From a virus: a stretch of DNA of 64,000 bases. The position numbers and the translations under genes are program-made. The notes under the pieces are model-generated. The model ran no database searches, was not told the DNA's origin, and saw only the letters and a program-made list of their open reading frames with translations. How positions within the stretch are numbered: position 1 is the stretch's first letter; each line of letters starts with the position of its first letter. Where the stretch lies: positions 1 through 64,000 of IMG/VR virus record IMGVR_UViG_3300032268_000973; one strand, written 5' to 3'. This document shows, piece by piece, positions 39,776-49,340 of the stretch.

Positions 39776-40456
39776 ATGAGTTTAGATAAAAAAATTATCA
39801 GTGAGATACAGAGATATCAAAAAATAAATCGATATATCCTTGAACAAGCGGGAGATGTCCCTGTTGAACCTGGATTGGAGGCTTTAACACCACCAGCAGG
39901 TGCAACTCCACCGCCAGCACCAGCAGGTGCGGTTCCCCCACCAGCTCCTGAAGCACCAACTGAACCACAACCAATTGATGTTGAATCTGATCCTGAGGTT
40001 GAGAAAATTGATGACAAAGGAAAATCTGAAGAAGGTGAAGAAGGAGGTTCAGAGGAATTAGATATTACAGAATTAGTTGATTCTCAAAAAAATATCGAGA
40101 CTAAACAAGAAGAATACTTCAACAATCTTTTTAGCCAATTGAATGACCTTCAGTCTAAACTTGGTGAAATGGATACTATTATGACGAAGTTGAATTCTTT
40201 GGAAACTAAAATTGAGAAGTATAGAGAAAAGACTCCACAAGAAAAACTTGAGTTAAGATCTTACGACTCATATCCCTTCAACCAAAAACTTTCGCAGTTT
40301 TTTGACGACAAACAAGAAGAGATGGAAAAAACAGGAAAAAATGATTATGTTTTGACGGCCGATGAGGTTACCGATATAAACGTAAACGATATCAAAAATT
40401 CATTTCAACCTGGGGGAGGAATGGATAATGAAGTTTACAAAACATCGTTTAGATAA
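39776..40456 (+). CDS. Acidic Pro-rich coiled-coil protein, possible head core or internal protein
   Basis: IISE and YILEQ at the N-terminus, a PPAG/PPAP tract, an acidic linker and a heptad-like helix. Confidence 0.65.
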   Translation: MSLDKKIISEIQRYQKINRYILEQAGDVPVEPGLEALTPPAGATPPPAPAGAVPPPAPEAPTEPQPIDVESDPEVEKIDDKGKSEEGEEGGSEELDITELVDSQKNIETKQEEYFNNLFSQLNDLQSKLGEMDTIMTKLNSLETKIEKYREKTPQEKLELRSYDSYPFNQKLSQFFDDKQEEMEKTGKNDYVLTADEVTDINVNDIKNSFQPGGGMDNEVYKTSFR

Positions 40457-40476
40457 CACAAACATCTACACGTTAT

Positions 40477-40500
40477 AAAGGTATCTTCGGATACCTTTTT
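40477..40500 (+). terminator. Intrinsic terminator with a UUCG tetraloop
   Basis: AAAGGTATC-TTCG-GATACCTTT followed by TT. Confidence 0.9.
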
Positions 40501-40503
40501 TAT

Positions 40504-40532
40504 TTGACTAAAGTCGCACAATTACCTATTAT
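40504..40532 (+). promoter_or_regulatory. Sigma70-like promoter TTGACT-17-TATTAT for the replication cassette
   Basis: -35 at 40504..40509 and -10 at 40527..40532, right after the terminator and 34 nt before the SSB gene. Confidence 0.6.
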
Positions 40533-40566
40533 TATATAAACATATTATCTATCTAAATTTTAATTT

Positions 40567-41415
40567 ATGAGTTCATTAGACGCCGTATTGGCACAGTACG
40601 AAAAATCACAACAAGGGGGCGGGGCCCAATCAAAAATGTCGCAAGACGAAAGAATGAAAAAATATTTCGCTTTAATCTTAGGAGACAAAGAAAAATCAGG
40701 ACAGAGAAGAGTGAGAATTCTTCCAACTTTAGATGGGTCATCACCATTCAAAGAAGCATGGTACCACGAAATTCAAGTGGGGGGTCAGTGGCAAAAGTTC
40801 TACGATCCAGGAAAAAATGACAACGAACGTTCTCCATTGAATGAGGTTTACGAGGAGTTGATGTCTACAGGTAAAGAGTCTGACAAATTATTGGCTGCTC
40901 AGTATCGTTCACGAAAATTCTATATCGTAAAAGTAATTGATAGAGACCACGAAGAAGATGGTCCAAAGTTTTGGAGATTCAAACACAACTTCAAGAATGA
41001 TGGTATTCTCGACAAAATTATTCCTATTTGGAGAAACAAAGGAGATATTACTGACTCTGAAAAAGGACGTGATTTGATTATTGAGCTATCCAAAGCAAAG
41101 ACCCCTAAGGGTAAAGAATACACAACAGTTTCAACTATTATGTATGATGACCCAACACCAGTACATGAAGACAAACAACAAGCAAAGGCTTGGATTGAAG
41201 ATGAGTTGACATGGTTGGATGTTTATTCTAAGAAACCTGTTGATTACCTTGAGGCGATTGCAAGAGGAGAAACTCCTAAGTGGGATTCTGAAAAGGGTGG
41301 TTACGTTTATGGTGACAGTTCAGTTGAAACTGAATCATTCGGTGGAGGTTCCAAAAAATCCACATACGTAGACCCACAATCTAACGACGAACCTGACGGA
41401 GACCTACCGTTCTAA
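40567..41415 (+). CDS. ssb: Single-stranded DNA-binding protein (T4 gp32-like)
   Basis: RVRILP, FYIVKVIDR...GPKFWRF, DITD.EKGRDLII and an acidic C-terminus ending DGDLPF. Confidence 0.85.
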   Translation: MSSLDAVLAQYEKSQQGGGAQSKMSQDERMKKYFALILGDKEKSGQRRVRILPTLDGSSPFKEAWYHEIQVGGQWQKFYDPGKNDNERSPLNEVYEELMSTGKESDKLLAAQYRSRKFYIVKVIDRDHEEDGPKFWRFKHNFKNDGILDKIIPIWRNKGDITDSEKGRDLIIELSKAKTPKGKEYTTVSTIMYDDPTPVHEDKQQAKAWIEDELTWLDVYSKKPVDYLEAIARGETPKWDSEKGGYVYGDSSVETESFGGGSKKSTYVDPQSNDEPDGDLPF

Positions 41416-41426
41416 TTAAATAAAAT

Positions 41427-41455
41427 AACTCGGATACTATTATGGTGTCCGAGTT
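41427..41455 (+). promoter_or_regulatory. 11-bp hairpin without a U tract between ssb and recA
   Basis: AACTCGGATAC / GTGTCCGAGTT with one G-U pair. Confidence 0.6.
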
Positions 41456-41471
41456 CCATCCCCCTAACTTT

Positions 41472-42473
41472 ATGGCAATTAAGAAAAACGATTTCGAAAG
41501 TCTGAAGAAAAAATTTTCTACTTCAGCAAAGTATAAACCTCAAAAATTTTTTGACTTAGGTACTGATTTCTTGGATGCCGTTGGACTTCCTGGTCCAGCC
41601 ATTGGACATCTTAACATGTTCTTGGGTCACTCCGATACTGGTAAAACTACAGCTTTGGTAAAAACAGCAGTTGACGCTCAGAAGAAAGGTATTCTTCCTG
41701 TGTTTATTATTACTGAACAAAAGTGGAGTTTTGAACACGCTAAATTGATGGGATTCCAATGTGAAGAAGTTGTTGATGAAGAAACGGGTGAATTGGATTG
41801 GGATGGATTTTATATCTTCAATAATAACTTTGAGTATATTGAACAAATAACTGACTACATCAATAGTTTGTTAGATGCTCAAGAAAAAGGTGAGTTAGAT
41901 TATAGTTTGTTGTTCCTATGGGATTCAGTTGGTTCAGTTCCTTGTAAGATGACTTATGAAGGAAAAGGTGGAAAGCAACACAATGCATCTACTTTAGCGG
42001 ATAAAATTGGAATGGGTATTAACCAACGTATTTCAGGGTCTCGTAAAGCTGACTCAAAATATGAAAACACTTTGGTTATTGTTAATCAACCTTGGGTTGA
42101 ACTTCCTGATAATCCATTTGGACAACCTAAAATTAAAGCTAAGGGAGGTGAAGCGATTTGGTTGAACTCATCTTTGGTATTCTTATTTGGTAATCAAAAG
42201 GGGGCGGGAACAACTAAGATTACTGCGACCAAAGACAAAAGAACGATTAAGTTTGCGTCAAGGACAAAAGTTTCTGTAATGAAGAACCACATCAACGGAT
42301 TGGGTTATGATGACGGAAAAATTATTGTTACTCCACACGGATTCATTGGAGGTAAAGAGGCCGCTGAAGAGAAAGTTTCATTGGAGAAATACAAAAAAGA
42401 GTATGCTGACTATTGGAAAGATATTATCGGAACTGATGGTGATTTTACTCTAAAAGAAGAAAAAGAAGACTAG
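41472..42473 (+). CDS. recA: RecA/UvsX-like recombinase (start reassigned from 41442 to 41472)
   Basis: Walker A GHSDTGKT, LWDSV Walker B region, VIVNQ and KAKGGEAI motifs. The 41442 ATG lies within the hairpin loop. Confidence 0.9.
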   Translation: MAIKKNDFESLKKKFSTSAKYKPQKFFDLGTDFLDAVGLPGPAIGHLNMFLGHSDTGKTTALVKTAVDAQKKGILPVFIITEQKWSFEHAKLMGFQCEEVVDEETGELDWDGFYIFNNNFEYIEQITDYINSLLDAQEKGELDYSLLFLWDSVGSVPCKMTYEGKGGKQHNASTLADKIGMGINQRISGSRKADSKYENTLVIVNQPWVELPDNPFGQPKIKAKGGEAIWLNSSLVFLFGNQKGAGTTKITATKDKRTIKFASRTKVSVMKNHINGLGYDDGKIIVTPHGFIGGKEAAEEKVSLEKYKKEYADYWKDIIGTDGDFTLKEEKED

Positions 42474-42501
42474 TTTATTATTCACACTTAAATCACGAAT
42501 T

Positions 42502-43503
42502 GTGATTAAAACGTTATTAGTGGACGGAGACAATCTGTTCAAAATTGGATTTCATGGAGTAAAGGAGTTGTATAATGGTGGAGACCACTTAGGTGGGATC
42601 TACCATTTTATAAACATCTTGAGAAAATTTTTAGAAGAACACAATCATGATAAGGTTGTGGTATTTTGGGATGGAAACTCCAACTCCTCTATAAGGAAAT
42701 CCATATATCCTCAATACAAAGCAAATCGTCGTCAAGATATGAATGAGTTTAAGTACGAATCATATCTTCAACAGAAGTCTCGAGTCAAACAATACCTCGA
42801 GGAGATATTCGTACGTCAAGTTGAAATAATTAACAACGAGGCGGATGACCTTATTGCTTACTATACCAAATTGTCTGTCGATGAAGAAATCATAATTTTT
42901 TCTGCCGACAAAGACTTAACTCAACTTATATCAGAACGGGTAACCATCTATTCTCCGACCTCTAAACAATATTATAGGTATGGAGACATGATTACTATCA
43001 ATAAGGTCAACATACCCCACCAAAACGTCTTATTAACTAAGATTCTAACGGGGGATAAGTCTGACAATATAGATGGTATAGAAATGTTGGGAGAAAAGAC
43101 TTTGGTCAAATTGTTTCCTGAATTGTTGGAGAAATCATGGACTATCGAAGAAATCTTGGATAAGGCACGAAATATCGAGCAAAAGAAAAAACCAAAGGCG
43201 TTAGAAAACATTTTGATTGGTAAAACTAAAAGCGGTACATTTGGCCAAGATTTCTATGAGATAAACAAAAAAATCGTTGACCTACATAACCCTTTGATTA
43301 CTGAAGAAGGAAAAGAATTGGTTGAACAAATTCATACAGACACAATAGACCCCACAGACCGTGGATACAAAAACTTGATGAGAATGATGATGGAGGACGG
43401 CCTCTTCAAGTATCTACCCAAGAACGATGAGGCTTGGGTAAATTTCCTCCGACCATTTATGAAACTTACACGAAAAGAAAAAAGAAATACAAACAAAATT
43501 TAA
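42502..43503 (+). CDS. rnh: 5'-3' exonuclease / flap endonuclease (T4 RNase H-like)
   Basis: LLVDGDN, VFWDG, EADDLIA, SADKDLTQL and GDKSDNIDGI motifs. Confidence 0.92.
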   Translation: MIKTLLVDGDNLFKIGFHGVKELYNGGDHLGGIYHFINILRKFLEEHNHDKVVVFWDGNSNSSIRKSIYPQYKANRRQDMNEFKYESYLQQKSRVKQYLEEIFVRQVEIINNEADDLIAYYTKLSVDEEIIIFSADKDLTQLISERVTIYSPTSKQYYRYGDMITINKVNIPHQNVLLTKILTGDKSDNIDGIEMLGEKTLVKLFPELLEKSWTIEEILDKARNIEQKKKPKALENILIGKTKSGTFGQDFYEINKKIVDLHNPLITEEGKELVEQIHTDTIDPTDRGYKNLMRMMMEDGLFKYLPKNDEAWVNFLRPFMKLTRKEKRNTNKI

Positions 43504-43511
43504 TCTATTCT

Positions 43512-43964
43512 ATGAAAGAACAAGACAGCACAAAAATGGAATTTCTTCTAACACTCAATGACAACATTGTGGTTCAAAGATTTTTCAATGTAAGGGGATA
43601 TAACCCTAACGCAAAAAATTCAATCGAGTTCATTGACATGATCAATGCAATCAAATATGAACTTGAATATCACTTGAAAATGAAAACCGTTATCTATATG
43701 ACGGATAATAGTGAGGCGATCATGCATGACGCAACTATTATGGATACTTCATACACTGATGGGCCTGAAATTTTCAATATGTATGTAAAAAATGGTGACG
43801 TGACACTTTGTCATACAATTTTTGATGGAAAATTTTTTCCACCTAAAGTTCGTTACACCGTTGACGTGAGACCATTCTTGAAAGATATTCTCCGTGATTT
43901 AACTGACATTTTTTCATCCCAAAGATTAAATTTTCAATATTTGGATTTTGATCTGAATAAGTGA
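43512..43964 (+). CDS. Hypothetical protein (start reassigned from 43434 to 43512)
   Basis: 150 aa ORF filling the gap between the nuclease and helicase genes. Confidence 0.7.
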   Translation: MKEQDSTKMEFLLTLNDNIVVQRFFNVRGYNPNAKNSIEFIDMINAIKYELEYHLKMKTVIYMTDNSEAIMHDATIMDTSYTDGPEIFNMYVKNGDVTLCHTIFDGKFFPPKVRYTVDVRPFLKDILRDLTDIFSSQRLNFQYLDFDLNK

Positions 43965-43998
43965 GTATTTAATATTACTAAGGGAGATAGGAACATAT

Positions 43999-45375
43999 AT
44001 GAATAAAAATTTCGATTATTTGGGTAACACATTTCAGATTCAACTATTGAATCAAATTGTGGTAGACAAAGATTTTTCGTCATCAATACTTGATGTTATT
44101 GAGGCGAATTATTTTGATAACAAGTACTTTAAAATCATTTTACAAATGATTAAGGAGTATTATGTAAAGTATGAATCTACTCCCAACTTCGAAACTCTCG
44201 AACAAATCATTAAGTCTGAAGTTTCTCAAGAATTGGTCGCTAAAATTGTTTTGGATACACTAAAACAAGTTAAGGATGCACCATTCGAAGGAACACAGTT
44301 TGTCCAAGAAAAGGCTTTGAAATTCTGTAAACAACAAGAACTTCAAAAGGCTATGGATAAGGCACAAAAAATTATTACTCAAGGAGATTTTGAATCTTAC
44401 GATAAAGTAGAGGGTTTAGTTAGAGAGGCACTACAAGTAGGGGAGATAGACAAAGGACAGACAGATATTTTCTATGGACTTGAAACCGTTTTGGATGAAG
44501 ACTATAGACATCCAATACCTATGGGTATACCTGGTATTGATAGACTACTTAAGGGTGGTTTAGCGAAGGGAGAGATTGGTGTAATCCTTGCACCAACTGG
44601 TGTGGGTAAGACAACTATCTTAACCAAGATTGCAAATACTGCATTCAACTTGGGATACAATGTCCTTCAGGTATTCTTCGAAGACAATCCTAAAATTGTC
44701 CAAAGGAAACACTTCACAATATGGACAGGTATTCCACCTGATGAGTTGGCAAAACATAGAGAAGATGTAATGTCTAAGATTACTGAAATACAAGAGACAA
44801 TGAAAAACAAACTTGTATTGAAGAAGTTAGCATCTGATACTATGACAATGAACCAACTTAAAAATCAGGTTAGAAAAATGATTGCGGATGGAAACAAAAT
44901 TGATATGATTATGTTAGATTATATCGACTGTGTATTACCTGAGTCATCATCAAAGGATGAGTGGAAAGCCGAAGGTTCGGTAATGAGAGGGTTTGAGGCA
45001 ATGTGCCACGAACTCAACTTGGTTGGTTGGACTGCAACTCAAGGGAATAGAAGTTCTATTTCTTCAGAGGTAGTTACTACAGACCAAATGGGTGGGTCAA
45101 TCAAAAAGGCCCAAGTTGGACACGTCATCATCACGGTGGCAAAGACACTTCAACAAAAAGAAATGAATCTGGCGACAATCGCGATAACAAAGTCTCGTCT
45201 TGGAAAAGATGGGGTTGTTTTCGAGAACTGTAAATTCAACAATGAACTTCTTGAAATTGATACTGAAAGTTCAGTAACGTTCTTAGGATTTGAGGAACAA
45301 CAAGAAGAGAAGAAGAGAGACAGAGTCAAAGAATTGATGGAGAAGAGAAAACAAAAGGAACAACAACAATTATAA
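43999..45375 (+). CDS. dnaB: Replicative DNA helicase (DnaB / T4 gp41-like)
   Basis: APTGVGKTT, MLDYID, WTATQGNR and ITKSRLGKDG motifs. Confidence 0.93.
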   Translation: MNKNFDYLGNTFQIQLLNQIVVDKDFSSSILDVIEANYFDNKYFKIILQMIKEYYVKYESTPNFETLEQIIKSEVSQELVAKIVLDTLKQVKDAPFEGTQFVQEKALKFCKQQELQKAMDKAQKIITQGDFESYDKVEGLVREALQVGEIDKGQTDIFYGLETVLDEDYRHPIPMGIPGIDRLLKGGLAKGEIGVILAPTGVGKTTILTKIANTAFNLGYNVLQVFFEDNPKIVQRKHFTIWTGIPPDELAKHREDVMSKITEIQETMKNKLVLKKLASDTMTMNQLKNQVRKMIADGNKIDMIMLDYIDCVLPESSSKDEWKAEGSVMRGFEAMCHELNLVGWTATQGNRSSISSEVVTTDQMGGSIKKAQVGHVIITVAKTLQQKEMNLATIAITKSRLGKDGVVFENCKFNNELLEIDTESSVTFLGFEEQQEEKKRDRVKELMEKRKQKEQQQL

Positions 45376-45390
45376 AACACACAATTAATT

Positions 45391-46338
45391 ATGGAAAAAA
45401 TTTTAATAGAGAATCCCAACAGATTCGTTATATTCCCCATTGAGCACAATGATATTTGGGAATTTTACAAACAACATCAAGCAGCATTTTGGACTGCTGA
45501 AGAGGTGGATTTGACTAACGATATTAGAGATTGGAATAATCTTACTGAAAATGAACAATATTTTGTTAAAAATATTTTATCATTCTTCGCAGCTTCTGAT
45601 GGTATTGTTAATGAAAATCTTGCAGAAAATTTCTTAAAGGAAGTACAATATCCTGAAGCTAAATTTTTCTATGGATTTCAGTTGATGATGGAAAACATTC
45701 ATAGCTTGATGTATTCATTACTCATCGATACATATATCTCAAACGAAAAAGAAAAACAACTTTGTTTTACCGCATTGGATAATCTACCTGCAGTTCAAAA
45801 GAAGGCTAAGTGGGCTCTTGATTGGATTGAAAACGCATCCTTTCAAGAGAGACTTGTGGCATTCGCGGCGGTTGAAGGTATTTTCTTTTCAGGATCTTTC
45901 TGTTCAATTTTCTGGTTGAAGTCGAGAGGTATTATGCAAGGTTTGTGTAATGCAAACAGTTTGATTTTCAAAGATGAAAATCTTCACTGCGACTTTGCAA
46001 TTCACTTGGTTAATAACCACTTGGAAACTAAACCATCAGAAAAAAGAATCAAAGAAATTCTATTGTCTGCATTGGAGATTGAAAAAGAATTCATCACTGA
46101 ATCATTACCTGTTTCACTTATTGGTATGAACTCCAATCTTATGAAACAATATTTGGAATTCGTTACTGATGGATTGTTGGTTAAGTTTGGATGTAAAAAA
46201 GAATTTAATGTTGAACAACCATTCAAGTTTATGGAACAGATTGCAGTTGAAACAAAGGGTAACTTCTTTGAGTCAAGAACAATGGAATACCAAAAAGCTA
46301 AACTAAACGAAGAGTTATCATTTGATTCTGATTTTTAA
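45391..46338 (+). CDS. nrdB: Ribonucleotide reductase class I beta subunit
   Basis: [37 protein letters not shown] and DENLH motifs. Confidence 0.97.
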   Translation: MEKILIENPNRFVIFPIEHNDIWEFYKQHQAAFWTAEEVDLTNDIRDWNNLTENEQYFVKNILSFFAASDGIVNENLAENFLKEVQYPEAKFFYGFQLMMENIHSLMYSLLIDTYISNEKEKQLCFTALDNLPAVQKKAKWALDWIENASFQERLVAFAAVEGIFFSGSFCSIFWLKSRGIMQGLCNANSLIFKDENLHCDFAIHLVNNHLETKPSEKRIKEILLSALEIEKEFITESLPVSLIGMNSNLMKQYLEFVTDGLLVKFGCKKEFNVEQPFKFMEQIAVETKGNFFESRTMEYQKAKLNEELSFDSDF

Positions 46339-46356
46339 TTTAATATTTTTATATCT

Positions 46357-48783
46357 ATGATGTCATTAAAAATTAAAAAGAGAAACGGGGATGACGTTGC
46401 GTTCAATCCTCAAAAAATTTATAATAGAATTAAACGTGCGGCAAAAGGTTTGACTGTAAACTCTGATGAGATTTTCATTAAAGTGATTACATCAGTACCA
46501 ACTGAAGGTAACATAACTACAAAGGAGTTAGATAAACTTGTATATGAAATTGCTGCGGCATATACTGGAAGTCACTATGATTATTCGAGACTTGCTGCGT
46601 CAGTTGCTATCTCATCGTATCATAAAGAAACTGACCCAAGTTTTTCAAATGTAATGCATACCCTTCATGTTGATGGTGTTGTTCACGATGAACTTATGGA
46701 GATGATTGAGAAGTATGGACCTTCTAAGATTGATGAGGTTATCAATCATGAGAATGATTACAACTTTGATTATTTTGGATGGAGATCGCTACAAGAAATG
46801 TATTTGTTGAAAACTCCACAAGGTAAAGTAATTGAAAGACCTCAACACATGTATATGAGAGTTGCTCTGTGGGTTACTAATTCATTCGAAGAAGCGGTAG
46901 AATATTACCATTCATTATCAAGTCAACGTATTTCTAAGGCGACTCCAATTATGATTAACTCAGGAACTAAAGTTCCTCAGTTAGCATCTTGTGTGTTACA
47001 TTACAACAACTCAGATTCAAGAGATGGATTATTGAAAACCTTAAATGATATTTCAACATATTCTTCAGATGCAGCAGGTATTGGATTATCTATGTCCAAC
47101 ATTAGGAGTAAAGAAAGTAGAATCAAATCATCTGGTGGTTTCGCTGGTGGATTGTTAAAATATCTTAAGATTGTAAACGAATCTTTAAGGTTCTTCAACC
47201 AACAAGGAAGAAGACCTGGTAGTGCTGCGATATACTTGGAACCATGGCACAAAGATATTTTCGATTTATTGGATATCAAAAAGAATACAGGTGCTGAAGA
47301 ATTGAGAGCAAGAGATTTATTTACTGCACTTTGGATTCCTGATAATTTCATGAGAGCGGTAAAAAACAATGAAGATTGGTATTTGTTCTGTCCAAATGAT
47401 ATTATCAAAGCTGGTATCAAACCTTTACAAGAGTGTTATGGTGAAGAGTATGAACAAAACTATCGTAAGGCAGTTGACTTGGGTATTGGTCGTAAAGTGA
47501 AGGCACAAGAGGTATGGAGTAAGGTAATTGAATCTCAAATTGAGACGGGTGTTCCTTACTTGTGTGCTAAGGATAGTGCGAATAAGAAAACAAACCATCA
47601 AAACATTGGTGTGATTAAGCAATCTAACCTATGTAATGAAATTTATCAGTACACTGACGAAAAGACTACTGCAATTTGCACCCTATCTTCAATTGTGTTG
47701 AAAAACTTTATTGTTGACGGTAAGTTTGATTATAACCTTCTAATCCAAGAAGTAAGAAAGGCTGTAAGAGCATTGAATAATGTTATTGATAAAAACAATT
47801 ATTCTACAGAAAAGGGTCTTAAGGGTGGTCTTGAACAACGAGCAATCGGAATTGGTGTTCAAGGATTAGCGGATGTGTTTTGTCTTTTGGATTACGTTTT
47901 CACTTCGGATGAAGCCAAAGCGTTGAATAAGAATATCTTCGAGGCAATTTATTTCGCGGCAGTTACTGAGAGTAATGAATTGTGTAAGAAAGGTATCAGA
48001 AAACCTTATGAGTTCTTCAAAGGTTCTCCAATGTCGAAAGGTATTTTCCAATTTGATATGTGGGGTCTTAATGACTCTGATTTGTTCTTGGATTGGGAAA
48101 CATTAAAAAAAGATGTTCAAGAATATGGTGTTTGTAATTCATTATTCACCGCTCAGATGCCAGTTGCGTCATCAGCTAAGATTACAGGTTCATTTGAAAT
48201 GACCGAACCAGCACACTCTGCGTTATTTAATAGACGTGTTGTAGGTGGTGAAATTATGATTGTAAACAAATACTTGATTACTGACTTTGAGAAAATTGGT
48301 ATTTGGTCTGAGGATTTGAAAAATGAAATTATTTTGAATGAAGGATCAATTCAAAACATTAACTTTAATCAATATCTTGATGTTGAGGATAAAAACTACA
48401 ACAAAAAAGTTAAAAGAATTGAACACTTGATTCCAAAATATAAAACTATTTGGGAGATTTCACAGAAAGAATTGATTAACATGGCGGCAGACAGAGCACC
48501 ATTTATTGATCAATCTCAATCTATGAACATTTATATGCCGAATCCAACATTGTCAAAGATTACATCATCTCACTTTCATTCGTGGGAAAAGGGGTTGAAA
48601 ACATTATGTTACTATGTGAGAACTAAAGCGATTTCAACTGGAGCAAAACACTTAGCATTGGATATGACAAAGGTACAAAAACCTAAACCAAATGTTGAAA
48701 TTCCTAAAGTAGATTACAGTAGTATGAATTTACCACCAAAACCTGAAGGAATCGAAATTGAATGTTTCGGATGTTCTTCATAA
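46357..48783 (+). CDS. nrdA: Ribonucleotide reductase class I alpha subunit with an ATP cone
   Basis: N-terminal IKKRNGD ATP cone, QLASC, QSNLCNEI, CTLSS, CYYVRT and C-terminal CFGCSS. Confidence 0.98.
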   Translation: MMSLKIKKRNGDDVAFNPQKIYNRIKRAAKGLTVNSDEIFIKVITSVPTEGNITTKELDKLVYEIAAAYTGSHYDYSRLAASVAISSYHKETDPSFSNVMHTLHVDGVVHDELMEMIEKYGPSKIDEVINHENDYNFDYFGWRSLQEMYLLKTPQGKVIERPQHMYMRVALWVTNSFEEAVEYYHSLSSQRISKATPIMINSGTKVPQLASCVLHYNNSDSRDGLLKTLNDISTYSSDAAGIGLSMSNIRSKESRIKSSGGFAGGLLKYLKIVNESLRFFNQQGRRPGSAAIYLEPWHKDIFDLLDIKKNTGAEELRARDLFTALWIPDNFMRAVKNNEDWYLFCPNDIIKAGIKPLQECYGEEYEQNYRKAVDLGIGRKVKAQEVWSKVIESQIETGVPYLCAKDSANKKTNHQNIGVIKQSNLCNEIYQYTDEKTTAICTLSSIVLKNFIVDGKFDYNLLIQEVRKAVRALNNVIDKNNYSTEKGLKGGLEQRAIGIGVQGLADVFCLLDYVFTSDEAKALNKNIFEAIYFAAVTESNELCKKGIRKPYEFFKGSPMSKGIFQFDMWGLNDSDLFLDWETLKKDVQEYGVCNSLFTAQMPVASSAKITGSFEMTEPAHSALFNRRVVGGEIMIVNKYLITDFEKIGIWSEDLKNEIILNEGSIQNINFNQYLDVEDKNYNKKVKRIEHLIPKYKTIWEISQKELINMAADRAPFIDQSQSMNIYMPNPTLSKITSSHFHSWEKGLKTLCYYVRTKAISTGAKHLALDMTKVQKPKPNVEIPKVDYSSMNLPPKPEGIEIECFGCSS

Positions 48784-48789
48784 AATAAT

Positions 48790-48817
48790 AAAAATCCCAA
48801 CATGAGTTGGGATTTTT
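48790..48817 (+). terminator. Intrinsic terminator closing the replication cassette
   Basis: AAAAATCCCAAC-ATGA-GTTGGGATTTTT. Confidence 0.88.
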
Positions 48818-48827
48818 CATTTTAGGC

Positions 48828-48860
48828 TATTTATAAGGAAACTAACCGTAGTATATTTAT
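48828..48860 (+). promoter_or_regulatory. Two TATTTAT(A) motifs before the gp25-like gene
   Basis: TATTTATA at 48828..48835 and TATTTAT at 48854..48860, with the ATG at 48865. Confidence 0.55.
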
Positions 48861-48864
48861 CTTT

Positions 48865-49335
48865 ATGGCAAATGGTGTAACATATGGACTTAATTTTCCA
48901 TTCAGAGATTCTAGACGAGGTGATTATTTAGAACTCACGGAACTAGAGTCTCAACAAATTAAATCGGATTTGATTCACTTATTATTAACTAGAAAAGGAA
49001 GTAGGTATTATTTACCTGAGTTTGGAACTAGATTATATGAATTTATATTCGAACCTTTTGATGGATTGACATTTGATGCTATTCAATCTGACATCCGAGA
49101 TGCGGTTGAGACATTCATGCCAAACTTACTTTTAAATAATATATCAATAACACCAGCTGATCCTGAGTTTGAGGTTGACACAATGATTGGTCAGAATACA
49201 GTTGGAACGAGTGAATCTCCAGTATATCGATTTCCTGGTAAGGGAACTTCAGAATACACTGCTAAAGTAAGAATAGATTACGCAAATAATAGAAGTTCTT
49301 TTGCCCAAAGTGATTTCGTTATTATCAATATTTAA
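48865..49335 (+). CDS. Baseplate wedge subunit (gp25-like)
   Basis: GLNFPF, IKSDLIHLLLTRKGSRYYLPEFGTRLYEFIFEP. Confidence 0.92.
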   Translation: MANGVTYGLNFPFRDSRRGDYLELTELESQQIKSDLIHLLLTRKGSRYYLPEFGTRLYEFIFEPFDGLTFDAIQSDIRDAVETFMPNLLLNNISITPADPEFEVDTMIGQNTVGTSESPVYRFPGKGTSEYTAKVRIDYANNRSSFAQSDFVIINI

Positions 49336-49340
49336 TATAG

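Noticed and set aside
8486-43511. Longest-ORF starts at 8486, 17821, 41442 and 43434
   Set aside because: They overlap upstream genes or a hairpin. Downstream ATGs at 8540, 17947, 41472 and 43512 have the typical A/T-rich context and give cleaner N-termini.
45391-46338. Functional link between the SOD and a superoxide-activated (class Id) RNR
   Set aside because: The beta subunit looks like an ordinary class Ia, eukaryote-like R2 with the radical Tyr motif (ENIHSLMY). Nothing in the sequence ties it to the SOD gene 30 kb away.
9525-48783. Inteins or introns in the polymerase, SNF2, helicase or RNR genes
   Set aside because: Protein lengths are ordinary, catalytic motifs are contiguous, and no splicing or homing endonuclease motifs were seen.
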